Origin: an uncultured Chloroflexia bacterium
GTDB lineage: Bacteria; Chloroflexota; Ktedonobacteria; Ktedonobacterales; JADMIN01
DNA: 32,000 nucleotides
Assembly (NCBI GenBank): GCA_963718915.1
Contig: CAVRAI010000015.1
Span: 1 to 32,000 of the forward strand
Reading direction: 5' to 3'
The notes under the pieces are model-generated. The model did no database searches, was not told where the DNA came from, and was given only the letters and a program-made list of their open reading frames with translations. Every line of letters starts with the position of its first letter. Positions within the stretch are counted from its first letter, which is position 1. The position numbers and the translations under genes were made by a program. This document shows, one piece after another, positions 15,087 through 24,274 of this stretch.

Positions 15087-15641
15087 TTATAGATGAGCCG
15101 TCGCATCCATGACAATCAGCGTTGAGGTCTTCGCCTCCTTGGTGAAGGGTGTGGGCGAGCGCCACATGCGCGCGATGATCGCCAGCGGCACGAGCAGCCA
15201 CGCTAGGTTCGACAGCAGAACAATCGGGAAGTGCGGCGAGGCGTGTGGGCCAGCGAACTCCTCGCCGAGGATGATGGTAACGTTGGTGAGCATGACAGCG
15301 CTATAGAGCAGGCTGGGCAGGCGAATCCAGTCGCGACCGCGCGCCCAGGCGTAGATGGCGACGACGTAGAACGGCCCGAAGGCGAGGTTGTCGATCCAGA
15401 TGGTCATCTTCCACCAGACGGGACGCGCCATCAGCAGCGGATCGAAGGTATTGCCCCACCAGTGAATCGCGTCGACGGCGGGCGCGGGCGGCCAGAGCGG
15501 ATACGTGAAGTGGTATGGGTTGGCGATAATCAACTGCTCGATATCTACCACATAGGTGATAAAGAGCAGGTTGATGACAAAGAAGGCGAGGATGAGCAGG
15601 TCGAAGGGCCGCTTCCGCAGCGGAATCGCGCGCCTGAGCAT
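15087..15641 (-). CDS. EXPERA-domain membrane protein (TMEM97/sigma-2 receptor / EBP-like)
   Basis: The ATG at 15641 lies 7 nt after GGAGG. The pattern RPFDLLILAFFV...W..FDPLL...P.WWK...AFGPFYVVAIYAWARGRDWIRLPSLLYS parallels TMEM97-type EXPERA proteins. Confidence 0.6.
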   Translation of the reverse strand: MLRRAIPLRKRPFDLLILAFFVINLLFITYVVDIEQLIIANPYHFTYPLWPPAPAVDAIHWWGNTFDPLLMARPVWWKMTIWIDNLAFGPFYVVAIYAWARGRDWIRLPSLLYSAVMLTNVTIILGEEFAGPHASPHFPIVLLSNLAWLLVPLAIIARMWRSPTPFTKEAKTSTLIVMDATAHL

Positions 15642-15689
15642 AGGTTTGCCTCCAGGAAACAAAGACATCGAGTGGCAACGATTGCCCCT

Positions 15690-15928
15690 ATTGGGCGCGC
15701 GCAGGCTGAAGCCCTGCGGCTAATCCTGTATCAGGCGCATCCTCGTTGATGGCAAGTCGGCTGGCGGCTGAAGCCGCGCCTAAGCGCCTGTGGCGACGAA
15801 GCCTGCCGGCGCAGGCTCCCAGACGATGCCCACTTTGCACACGGTGGGCGGGCAATGTCGTGAAACCCGCGAAGGCGGGTTTTGTGGCCTCCCGCACGGG
15901 AGGCCGTTCAGGCGCGGTTTTAACCGCC
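15690..15928. repeat. Array of short GC-rich hairpins ending in modular hairpin repeat, copy 2 (15862-15928)
   Basis: Copy 2: GAAACCCGC GAAG GCGGGTTT TGTGGCC TCCCG CAC GGGA GGCCG TTCAGGC GCGGTT TT AACCGC C. Upstream hairpins with TGAA-type loops: GCAGGCTGAAGCCCTGC, GGCGGCTGAAGCCGC, AGCCTGCCGGCGCAGGCT. It starts 8 nt beyond the mmsA stop codon. Confidence 0.8.
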
Positions 15929-15936
15929 CGCTCCCC

Positions 15937-17415
15937 TTAGAACGTGCGCGACCACTCTTTCGGCCAGCGCTCGACGACCACCTTCTTGTCGGTATAGAAC
16001 TCGACGGCGTCGCGGCCCTGTGCGTGCATATCGCCGAAGAAGCTGTCCTTCCAGCCAGAGAAGGGGAAGAAGGCCATCGGCGCCGCAACCCCCACGTTGA
16101 TGCCGATGTTGCCCGCGCGCGCCTCATAGCGGAACTTGCGCGCCGCCGCGCCACTGCTGGTGAAGAGGCACGCCATGTTGCCGAAGGGCGAGGCGTTGAC
16201 CAGCGCAATCGCGTCGTCAATCGTGGTGACGTGCATCAGGCTCAGCACCGGGCCAAAGATTTCCGTCCTGGCCAACTCGCTCTCTGGGCTGATGCCTTCG
16301 AGCAGTGTCGGGCGGATGAAATGGCCCGCTTCGTAGCCTGCAACCTTCGCGCCGCGCCCATCTACCAGCACCTTCGCGCCCTCGCGCTCACCCTGCGCAA
16401 TCAGCGATTCTATGCGCTGCTGGCTGGCGGCGGTGATGACCGGTCCCATCTGAATGCCGGAGTCAAGGCCGTTGCCCACCGTGCGCTCAGATGCCATAGC
16501 AGCGATACGCTCGCGGAAAGGCGCCTCCGCCTCGCCGACGGTGATGGCGACCGAGGAGGCGAGACAGCGCTGGCCCGCGCAGCCAAACGACGAGTCGGCG
16601 ACGATGGTCGAGGTCATCTCCATATCGGCGTCCGGCAGCACAATCACCGGATTCTTCGCGCCGCCCTGGCACTGCGCGCGCTTGCCATTCGCCGCCGCCC
16701 GGCCATAGACATATTTAGCGACCGGCGAGGAGCCGACAAACGAGATCGCGCGCACCAGCGGATGATCGAGCAGCGCGTCCACCGTCTCGCGTCCGCCGTT
16801 GACTACGCTCACGACGCCTTTGGGCAGGTGAAGCTGGTCGATCAGGTCGAAGATACGCGCCATCGTCATTGGCACCTTCTCCGATGGTTTGAGGATGAAG
16901 CAGTTGCCGCAGGCGATGGCGTAGGGCAGGAACCAGAGCGGAATCATGCCGGGGAAATTGAACGGCGTGATGGCCGCGACGACGCCAAGCGGCTGGCGCA
17001 GCATGTGCTCGTCGATGCCACGGGCGATATCTTCGGCGTTGTAGCCCATCATCAGCGAAGGGATGCCACAGGCCACCTCGACATTCTCGACGCCGCGACG
17101 CAGCTCGCCCCGCGACTCGGCCAGCGTCTTGCCGCACTCCTGCGTCGTCAGGCGGGCGATCTCGTCGAAGTGCTCTTCGAGCAGGTTCTTGAGCGTGAAG
17201 AAATACTGGATGCGGTCGGTGGGTGGCGTGCGCCGCCAGTCGTCGAAGGCAGCCTGCGCCGCTCGCACCGCCTCATCCACCTCGTCGGCGGATGAGAGAG
17301 GAACGCGGACGATGGTTTCAGCGGTGGCGGGGTTCCGCACATCAAGAAACTCAGAGGCTTTCGAGCGTCGCCACTCGCCTGCGATGTAGTTGCAAACCTG
17401 TCCGTCCTGTATCAT
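15937..17415 (-). CDS. mmsA: CoA-acylating methylmalonate-semialdehyde dehydrogenase (aldehyde dehydrogenase family)
   Basis: NYIAGEW..., [46 protein letters not shown] and GQRCLA are characteristic of the MmsA/IolA subfamily. The ATG at 17415 follows AGGCAGGAG. Confidence 0.8.
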   Translation of the reverse strand: MIQDGQVCNYIAGEWRRSKASEFLDVRNPATAETIVRVPLSSADEVDEAVRAAQAAFDDWRRTPPTDRIQYFFTLKNLLEEHFDEIARLTTQECGKTLAESRGELRRGVENVEVACGIPSLMMGYNAEDIARGIDEHMLRQPLGVVAAITPFNFPGMIPLWFLPYAIACGNCFILKPSEKVPMTMARIFDLIDQLHLPKGVVSVVNGGRETVDALLDHPLVRAISFVGSSPVAKYVYGRAAANGKRAQCQGGAKNPVIVLPDADMEMTSTIVADSSFGCAGQRCLASSVAITVGEAEAPFRERIAAMASERTVGNGLDSGIQMGPVITAASQQRIESLIAQGEREGAKVLVDGRGAKVAGYEAGHFIRPTLLEGISPESELARTEIFGPVLSLMHVTTIDDAIALVNASPFGNMACLFTSSGAAARKFRYEARAGNIGINVGVAAPMAFFPFSGWKDSFFGDMHAQGRDAVEFYTDKKVVVERWPKEWSRTF

Positions 17416-17496
17416 CTGCTCCTGCCTCGATTCGCATTCAACTGACACTGCTTCGCGGTACGTTCGCACCGATGATAGCAAGTCTGTGCCATTTCT

Positions 17497-17518
17497 GACA
17501 AAAACGGGCTTTAGCCCG
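17497..17518 (-). terminator. Candidate intrinsic terminator or attenuator hairpin in the mmsA upstream region
   Basis: The minus strand reads CGGGC-TAAA-GCCCG followed by TTTTTGTC. It sits about 85 nt upstream of the mmsA start. The stem is only 5 bp. Confidence 0.35.
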
Positions 17519-17601
17519 CCGCAAGCCGCGCCGTTTCAACGGCAGCGGTTAGGCGATTGGGGACTTTAGCCAGAATGCCCCGTGCCGTTGCAGGATTGCC
17601 C

Positions 17602-17629
17602 TTGCTAAGTTATATTCTGTTGGTAGAAT
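17602..17629 (+). promoter_or_regulatory. Candidate sigma70-like promoter TTGCTA-N16-TAGAAT; its target is unclear
   Basis: An AT-rich patch within a 555-bp intergenic region. The same patch read on the minus strand (TTACAG-N17-AATATA) could serve mmsA instead. Confidence 0.3.
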
Positions 17630-17879
17630 GGTTCTGTAATTGCCCGCTCTTCGGACCGGTGTCTCCCATCTGAGTCGGGCCGGGCAGGCCCGTCAGGCGC
17701 TAACGTGAGCCGTTGGGTTGTGCGTAGCCTGAGAATCCGTCGGGCTGCAGCCCGTGCGGAGTGTCAATATGGCACAAGTGGCCCGAACCTGTAGCCACTG
17801 TTGCATAGCAGGCTGATCGCGGAATACTTCGAGGCGTATGCGATGGCCCAGCGCCAGGGGGTATTGGGCTGACACATCA

Positions 17880-17906
17880 ATGACGAACATGACGAACATG
17901 ACGAAC
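17880..17906. repeat. 9-bp tandem repeat ATGACGAAC x3 (intergenic)
   Basis: Read directly. Three perfect contiguous copies. Confidence 0.95.
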
Positions 17907-17971
17907 GGCTGAGCGCATTCAGGAGCATGAACGCACGCAGCCGCTGTTTTGTCTATGAAGCGTTGGGCGGG

Positions 17972-18792
17972 CTAGCTGTGATGCCAGGTGTCGCTGAAGC
18001 CGTTGCCACTGCCGTTGAGCGCCGAGGGCTGCGCTTTCACTGTGCCGCCGCTCGTCGCCATGGTGATGTCAACCCAGACCGAGCTGCCATAGCTGCCGAT
18101 TGATGCCCCATTGGCCGTGCTGCCTGAGAGATTGACCGTACCAAAATTGGCCAGTGGGAGCACCGAGCAGGTGATGGAGCAGGAGGATGGCGCCTCAGCA
18201 ATCCACTCCGCCGAAGACCGGTTGAAGGTCCCGCTTTGGGTGGTGCTGAAGTTCCAACCACGCGACGACGACATCGTCAGTGTATAGGCGCTGCCGGTGT
18301 AGTGGACCTCGGCCGTCAGCGTATCGCCGGGGACACGCGGTAGGAGGAGGTGCTCAGTTCCATCGAGGGATTCGGATACATCTCCCACCAACCATAATAG
18401 GTGGCTCTACCGCGCGAACAATCCGAGTCGGTGCCGAGCTGTTCGACGCTGTTGGAGCTATAGCCATCCAGGCCAACCCAGAACGACGAATAGGCGGTCT
18501 TCCGACTGCCGCACGTCGCGGTGGGCTGCACCCAGGTGGCTTTCACATCGGTAAACGCCCCATTGGCGCCCGTTACCGCATAGCCCGACCAGTTGGTGCT
18601 GCTCGCCGTGCCATTATTGGTGATCCGGGGTTTGCCATGGTAGAGGGCGATTTGGCGCGATCCCGCCGCGCTGGCAGCTACCGGGGCAGCCGCAAGGGCG
18701 GAGGAGGCGAAGGACATGCCGAACAGGGAAAGGCCTGTGATAATCAGCGCAGCCGCGCCGGGGAGAATCCTGGGAAAAGCAAACTTACGCAT
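17972..18792 (-). pseudogene. Secreted peptidase G1 (eqolisin / peptidase A4)-like, frameshifted
   Basis: Signal peptide present. TNWSGYAV, FWVGLDG, VEQLGTD and YYGWWEMYP are in ORF 18316-18792. GDTLTAEV, SSAEWIAEAP and LANFGTV are in ORF 17972-18391. The frames meet at the run GTGTCCCCGGCG (plus-strand G4 at 18329-18332). One extra C would give ...YRVSPGDTLTAEV... Confidence 0.7.
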
Positions 18793-19008
18793 GCGCGTGT
18801 GGTCTCCTGTCTGTGGAGTGTAGTCAACATCTTGCGAAACTACGGTGTTCCTGAAGACCTGCGTGTGAAAGAGACGCTTCGTAGCGGATTCCTGGGGCTG
18901 TCGCGACGCCTCTCTGCTCCCACACGCCGCAGCCTGCCTGTTTAGAAGGCTGCCAGGAGACTATGCCAGAAGCTGGCGGTGATGTCAAGGTGTCTTTTCA
19001 TCAATCCA

Positions 19009-20292
19009 TCAGTCCATTACGACAGCCGCCCCCTTTGACGCATAGCGAAGCGCCCTGACCTGTGTTCCCACCAAACCGGGAATCCCTATCAGCGCCGCAG
19101 AGGCGCCTAACAGGCTCGTCGCCCCAACGAGCGGCAGCAGGAATCCCGCTGCGGCGCTCGCCAGTGGCCCCGCCCCCTGCATCAGCGTCCGCAACAGCGC
19201 GAACGTGCGCCCACGCAACGGCTCCGGGATGATCCGCATACGTAGCGTTTGCGCCCAGATGGTGAGCGGCGCGCTAAAGGCGCCCAGGAGTGTCAGCCCG
19301 GCAAGCGCTCCTCCTAGTGGCCACCCGATGGCCTGACCCACCAGCAGCAGCGTCAGCGATAGCCCGGAGAGCAGTTGCGCCAGACAGATGAGGATACCCA
19401 GCCCGCGCGAGCTGGTGAAGCTGCCTGCCAGTGCCGCGCCGACCATCTCGCCCAACGCGAGCGCGCCCAGCAGCAGACCATACAACATCGCGCCATCGCC
19501 GGGGAGGCTGTCGGCGAAGACCGGAAGCCAGACCGCAAGAAAGCCAAAGCCGACGTTGAACAGGATAAACATCACGGTGGTCGAGAGCAGTACCCGATTG
19601 GAGAGCATGAGACTCACCGCATCGCGCAACCGATAGGCGTGTACTGGACTATCTAGATCGGCATGGCTGGCGGCGGAAGACTGCGGCGCGAGACGCGGCA
19701 TACCCGCCAGCGCGACGACGAAGATGACATAGGACGCCGCATCCAGCAGCAGTACGCCCGGCGCTCCCACCCAGGCGATCAACAGCCCGGCAATGGGAGG
19801 CCCCAGCACGCCACTGAGCGTGTAGCTCAATGTCTCCAGCGCATTGGCGGCGGAAAGCTGCTCGTCGCGGGCCAGCGAGGGGATGAGCGAGGGAGTGCCC
19901 GCCAGCGTGATCATATAGAGGAAGCCGTAAACGCCCGCCACCACGTAGAGTTGCCAGAGCGCCAGCACGCCCAGCGCATAGAGCAACGGTATCAGGCCGA
20001 CCGCCAGCCCCCGAATGAGATTATCCACCAGCATGACTCGCCCGCGGTCGAAGCGATCCAGCAGAAACCCGGCGAGCAGCCCACCCACGAGCACCGGGCC
20101 GGTATAGCACAGCAAAAGGATGCCCACCGCCTCTGGCGACTTCGTCGCCTGGTAGACAAACCAGACCAGCGCGACCCGCGTCATCGCATCGCCCAGCGCC
20201 GAGATGGTAAACCCAGTCCAGAAGCGCGCGAAGGGCCGCGAGCGGAACAACTCACCGTAGGGATTCGCCAGCCATCTGATACGACTGCTCAT
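19009..20292 (-). CDS. MFS transporter (EntS/MFS_3-like)
   Basis: About 12 hydrophobic helices. The N-terminus RPFARFWTGFTISALGDAMTRVALVWFVY is typical of this MFS subgroup. Confidence 0.8.
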   Translation of the reverse strand: MSSRIRWLANPYGELFRSRPFARFWTGFTISALGDAMTRVALVWFVYQATKSPEAVGILLLCYTGPVLVGGLLAGFLLDRFDRGRVMLVDNLIRGLAVGLIPLLYALGVLALWQLYVVAGVYGFLYMITLAGTPSLIPSLARDEQLSAANALETLSYTLSGVLGPPIAGLLIAWVGAPGVLLLDAASYVIFVVALAGMPRLAPQSSAASHADLDSPVHAYRLRDAVSLMLSNRVLLSTTVMFILFNVGFGFLAVWLPVFADSLPGDGAMLYGLLLGALALGEMVGAALAGSFTSSRGLGILICLAQLLSGLSLTLLLVGQAIGWPLGGALAGLTLLGAFSAPLTIWAQTLRMRIIPEPLRGRTFALLRTLMQGAGPLASAAAGFLLPLVGATSLLGASAALIGIPGLVGTQVRALRYASKGAAVVMD

Positions 20293-20539
20293 GGTCGCCT
20301 ATCCATCCCTGTCCACTATTGTTGGCCTGCGCAAAAGGCGTCCGACGTCCGCACCTGTGGGTAACAGCGTACAGCAGTCCTGTGCCAACGCCATGTCATA
20401 TTTTGGGGAGGAAAACACCATGCATTGCGGGCGAGAGTTATGAGGCTGAGACGAGGTTCACTGACTTAAGTTTGTTGTCTGGGTACCCGGTAGACAAGGC
20501 CATTTGTCAGCTACCGAACAGGCAAATATCAAACAGCCG

Positions 20540-21034
20540 CTACTTGAGCGTTTTGATCATCAGCGCATGTAAACCAGTGCCCGGTCGCTCATAGAAGTCA
20601 CCTTCCTGTGCAAAGCCGTAACGCTCATAGAAGCCTTTGGCGCTGACACGACCGTGACACCAGATTTCGGCAGGCAGGGACTGCGCGCTGGCATAGTCGA
20701 TGAGCGCCTGAAGGATCCTCCCTCCCGCGCCAATCCCGCGCGCGTCCTCCAGGACGGCCATACCACGAACACACCAACTGGTCGGCTGTGCGGCATGGTC
20801 ACGCGGCTCAGGCACGATGGAGCCAACACCAACCAATCGTCCATTCAGAAAGCATCCGATATGCAGGGCGCCAGGTTTGGTGTCGCCTGGGGTGGGGAGA
20901 ATAACGGAGTCATGAGGTCTGAGGATGCGTTGGCGCAGGTTCAGCGTTTCCGCGGGGTGAATGGGGCGAGTCTCGATAGTTGGCACGAGTGATTGCTGCC
21001 TTCCGCGAACGTTGCTTTCTATCGATTGTACCAA
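20540..21034 (-). CDS. GNAT-family N-acetyltransferase
   Basis: Acetyl-CoA binding motif ARGIGAGGRILQALIDYA and C-terminal FYERYGF. Confidence 0.8.
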   Translation of the reverse strand: MVQSIESNVRGRQQSLVPTIETRPIHPAETLNLRQRILRPHDSVILPTPGDTKPGALHIGCFLNGRLVGVGSIVPEPRDHAAQPTSWCVRGMAVLEDARGIGAGGRILQALIDYASAQSLPAEIWCHGRVSAKGFYERYGFAQEGDFYERPGTGLHALMIKTLK

Positions 21035-21075
21035 TGCTGGCAGTCATATGAAAAGGAATGGCTGGACCATAGCAG

Positions 21076-22446
21076 CTAATCGGCGCTCGTTATTGGCGCG
21101 CGATAACCCTGGTCGGCGGCTCGCGAACGTTGCGGTTCTGGTTGAGCCAGCCAGAGAGAGACCTGAGCGGGCTGCATCGTCTCCTGGATTACCGCGAGCA
21201 GGCGACTCTCCAACTGGGTCAAGTCAACCTCGTCGCGCAGGGTGTCGCTAAATGATGCCAGCGCGTGGGCCGCATCGTATCTGCGCCGGTAAAAACGACG
21301 GTCGATGGCGCTCTGAATGCGCGAACGGAGCGGTTGGAACAATGCGGCAATTGCCAGTGTGGAGATGACAATCGTAAGTGGCTCTTGCAGGATCCGCCCA
21401 TTGTTAATGGCTCCCGCCAGCCGCTCTAACCCAATGACGAGACATCCATACACCGTCGCCAGCAGCACTGTGAGCGTGCCGTAGACGAGCGCCTTGTTGA
21501 TCAGGATATCAATATCCCAGAGGCGTGAGCGCAGGATCGCGATGCCAATCGAGAGCGGAATGAGCGCACTGAGGACATAGATGAGCGTATTGCCCGCGAA
21601 GAAACCCAGGTTGCCAAACACCTGCGACAGTTTCAGGAGATTTGTTACGGAAATGATGCCAATGGAACCGAGCAGACCAATCACGAGGCTGAAGACAACC
21701 CATTTCGTCTGCTGGCGCTCAACCAGGGTAGAGACCCAGCGATAGCGATAGACCTGTGCAGGCAGCGCGACAAGGATGGACACGAAGATCATCGGCAGAA
21801 AGGCATCGGGAGGCAAAACAGCTCCACTTACGATGAATAAGGGAACCCATACACCCATTACGAGGCGCGTCCACCGCGGAACAAAGCGGCCGTTGGGGAA
21901 GAGACAGAGGAATAAAACGAGCATGACAAAGCTCAGGACGCCCAAAAGATTAACGGGAATGGCAACCGCGGGAATGGCCGCAGCCAGCGCGTCAGAACTG
22001 GTCTGAGTCGCCGCTGTTATGACGAGTAAGAGAGCTGTGAGCAGGCCAATGCGTGTATCCGATTTGCGCCAGAAGATCATTGCGGCAACGACGAGAAACA
22101 CGAGTGCGAACACTACTTCGAGGGCGCCGGTATACGCCGCGTAAAAACTGATGGACATGCCAGCCGCCTGAAATTGGGCGAAGGTATCGGGTGTAAGTTG
22201 CTGATCGCCACATGGCTGGGCTATGCAGACCGTCCCAAGTTGCGCAAAGCGTAGCGGGATACCCCATCCCCAGAGAACAAGCGCTACGACAGCCACAACC
22301 GCGAACCCTACGCGTGCGAAGACGAGCCAAAGTCCCCGCAACCGAGCCTCGCCGCCCGTTGGCTGTGGTTTCGTCGCGCCAGCTCGTTTGATAGCAGACA
22401 TAGACATCACTCTATACCATCGCGCTTTCTGGCAGGCGCTTTTCAC
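21076..22446 (-). CDS. Polytopic membrane protein with a C-terminal cytoplasmic helical region (sensor-like, no output domain)
   Basis: About 10 hydrophobic helices followed by LFQPLRSRIQSAIDRRFYRRRYDAAHAL. The start is uncertain: GTG at 22446 or ATG at 22407. Confidence 0.55.
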   Translation of the reverse strand: MKSACQKARWYRVMSMSAIKRAGATKPQPTGGEARLRGLWLVFARVGFAVVAVVALVLWGWGIPLRFAQLGTVCIAQPCGDQQLTPDTFAQFQAAGMSISFYAAYTGALEVVFALVFLVVAAMIFWRKSDTRIGLLTALLLVITAATQTSSDALAAAIPAVAIPVNLLGVLSFVMLVLFLCLFPNGRFVPRWTRLVMGVWVPLFIVSGAVLPPDAFLPMIFVSILVALPAQVYRYRWVSTLVERQQTKWVVFSLVIGLLGSIGIISVTNLLKLSQVFGNLGFFAGNTLIYVLSALIPLSIGIAILRSRLWDIDILINKALVYGTLTVLLATVYGCLVIGLERLAGAINNGRILQEPLTIVISTLAIAALFQPLRSRIQSAIDRRFYRRRYDAAHALASFSDTLRDEVDLTQLESRLLAVIQETMQPAQVSLWLAQPEPQRSRAADQGYRAPITSAD

Positions 22447-22556
22447 ATCAGTATCAGTTCGTCTGCCGGTATCGTACCGACATCGTACCAGCGCGTCGTT
22501 CCCAAAACGTTACGAACCGCGTTACGGCGACCACCGTTTGCGACCACCTGAACGTT

Positions 22557-22606
22557 CGCTATCCCCGCTGGCGATACTTGCTGACGCGGGCCAGCTCGCG
22601 CTCGGC
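22557..22606. repeat. Direct repeat, copy A: duplicated 3' end of smpB (att-like)
   Basis: CGCTATCCCCGCTGGCGATACTTGCTGACGCGGGCCAGCTCGCGCTCGGC matches 23799-23848 at 49 of 50 positions, in the same orientation. Confidence 0.9.
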
Positions 22607-22620
22607 AATAATGGTTGATG

Positions 22621-23337
22621 TCACGAATTACCATCTGAAGTGAGTATCTCAGCGAGCTGCGGCACAGATGGTAAATCACCAACCGAGCGTACTGCCTCGA
22701 TCAATATTGTGCGCGTCTGTTCGGACAGGCTCTCAAGATCCCCACCCTGGAAATAGACAAGCGCCTTCAGGCATTCGCTCGGTTGGAAGTTAAGGCCGAA
22801 CAGGGTACGAGCGCCCGCAAGTCCAATACTCAAGTGGACACCGGCGGAAATGAGCGTTGCGATATCCACGTAATCCTTCGCTTCGATACGCTGGAGGATC
22901 ACCTTCAGTTTGTGCGCGAGAAGATCATTGAGCGAAGCAACCTGAACGCTGCCAGGAACCGCTATCTCTGGTTCACCAATCCGCCCGAATCCAAGTCCCC
23001 CAAAGAATGAAAGTTTCACCTCGCGATGCTGGCCAGGGTCTTCTCCAGAGGCCACAAGTGGAATATCTGATGATACAAGAGCCGTAAATGTGTCGGGCTG
23101 ATCCTGCAGGACTGTGGCGCTGGCGATGAAAGGGAAGCTTACTCGCAATGCATCCTTATCGAGTGGACGTTCGGAGAAGAAATCAAAGTCTATCGACGGA
23201 CGATGTCCCAGCCGAAGCGCAATTGCGGTTCCTCCGTAGAGAGCGAAACCGAGCGCGGAAGAAGGCCCTAATGCTGGCCAGAGCTGACGTTGAGCTGGTG
23301 GCAAGATATCGAGGTGAGGAATAAAGGTAGCAGGCAT
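22621..23337 (-). CDS. Nucleotidyltransferase, AbiEii/AbiGii toxin family (type IV TA-like)
   Basis: GFALYGGTAIALRLGHRPSIDFDFF and later EAKDYVDIATL match the AbiEii-type nucleotidyltransferase pattern. Its ATG overlaps the upstream stop codon (TGATG), which implies translational coupling. Confidence 0.7.
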   Translation of the reverse strand: MPATFIPHLDILPPAQRQLWPALGPSSALGFALYGGTAIALRLGHRPSIDFDFFSERPLDKDALRVSFPFIASATVLQDQPDTFTALVSSDIPLVASGEDPGQHREVKLSFFGGLGFGRIGEPEIAVPGSVQVASLNDLLAHKLKVILQRIEAKDYVDIATLISAGVHLSIGLAGARTLFGLNFQPSECLKALVYFQGGDLESLSEQTRTILIEAVRSVGDLPSVPQLAEILTSDGNS

Positions 23338-23672
23338 CAGGACACGTTCCGTTGAGGCATCGGCGGGATCTGTCCAGGTGCAGTTGCCAGGCCGAGACGA
23401 TAATGCCAGTATGCCCATGATCGCGGACTGAACATGCCTACCTCGGCGTGTTTCAGAACGTTTCGAGGTATGTCCTCGCCAAACGCGCGCAGCATCTCCC
23501 GCGCATCGTCATAATCGCCGATGTCCATCACCTGGGCAATGATGCGCTCAGGATATCGAAGCGCCTCAGTAGGCGTCTTCCACCAGATATACCGGGCAGC
23601 CCAGAAGGAAAGCAATCGTTGTTGTTGCGGGTTACACTCGCCCGATAATGCCCGGCCAGAAACTTGTGTCAT
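23337..23672 (-). CDS. Small partner protein of the AbiEii-like nucleotidyltransferase (putative antitoxin)
   Basis: The ATG at 23672 lies 7 nt after GAGGTAGG. 111 aa. Contains FWAARYIWWKTP...IIAQVMDIGDYDD...FSPRSWAYWHYRLGL. The antitoxin role is inferred from position only. Confidence 0.5.
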   Translation of the reverse strand: MTQVSGRALSGECNPQQQRLLSFWAARYIWWKTPTEALRYPERIIAQVMDIGDYDDAREMLRAFGEDIPRNVLKHAEVGMFSPRSWAYWHYRLGLATAPGQIPPMPQRNVS

Positions 23673-23798
23673 CACACCTACCTCGGTGAATTGTCCACCA
23701 GGCTCTCGCGACGCCCCAAAGCCTCAGAAATGTTGCGGGTAAGTGACCTATCTTTGGTACAGTATACCGCCAATCAGTGATATACCACAGCATCCACG

Positions 23799-23848
23799 CG
23801 CTATCCTCGCTGGCGATACTTGCTGACGCGGGCCAGCTCGCGCTCGGC
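23799..23848. repeat. Direct repeat, copy B: the native 3' end of smpB
   Basis: Covers the last 15 codons, the stop codon and 2 nt of smpB. It is 49/50 identical to 22557-22606. Confidence 0.9.
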
Positions 23849-24274
23849 GTCGCGTTTGGCGATGGCCTCGCGCTTGTCATATTGCTTCTTGCCGCGGCAG
23901 AGGCCTATCTCGACCTTGAGCCGGTTGCCCTTGAAATACATCTTCAGCGGCACGAGCGTCTGCCCCTTCGCCTGCACGCGCATCTCCAGCCGCGTGATCT
24001 CCTTGCGGTGCAGCAGCAGGCGGCGCGAGCGTAACGGATCGTGGTTCGCCCATGTGCCGTGCTCGTATTCGGCGATGTGCGCGCCATCGAGCCAGACCTC
24101 GTCGTCCTTGATGCGCGCATAGGCTCCGCGTAGATTGACGTGGCCCGCGCGCGCCGACTTGACCTCCGTGCCGGTCAGCGCGATGCCCGCCTCGATGGTC
24201 TCGTCCACAAAATAGTCATGATACGCCTGGCGATTTACCGTCACCATCTCAAAATCGTCTGATTTCTCTGGCAT
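23801..24274 (-). CDS. smpB: SsrA-binding protein SmpB
   Basis: NRQAYHDYFV..EAGIALTGTEVKS.RAG..NL..AY, RSRRLLLHRKEI, LVPLKMYF and KGKKQYDKRE are classic SmpB motifs. 157 aa. Confidence 0.9.
   Translation of the reverse strand: MPEKSDDFEMVTVNRQAYHDYFVDETIEAGIALTGTEVKSARAGHVNLRGAYARIKDDEVWLDGAHIAEYEHGTWANHDPLRSRRLLLHRKEITRLEMRVQAKGQTLVPLKMYFKGNRLKVEIGLCRGKKQYDKREAIAKRDAERELARVSKYRQRG

Noticed and set aside
15690-15935. CRISPR array (also considered for 26840-27030 and 9300-9580)
   Set aside because: The repeats are short hairpins of differing sequence, with irregular spacing and mixed orientation. There are no uniform 25-40-bp repeats with unique spacers, and no cas genes are present.
15790-17295. 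501-aa plus-strand ORF
   Set aside because: It lies entirely antisense to the well-supported mmsA gene. It is Arg/Ala/Gly-rich, low-complexity translation typical of shadow ORFs in high-GC DNA, and no motif was recognised.
17693-17899. 68-aa minus-strand ORF beginning MFVMFVIDV
   Set aside because: Its start is created by the ATGACGAAC tandem repeat. It has no SD and no recognisable motif, and it lies in a structured intergenic region.
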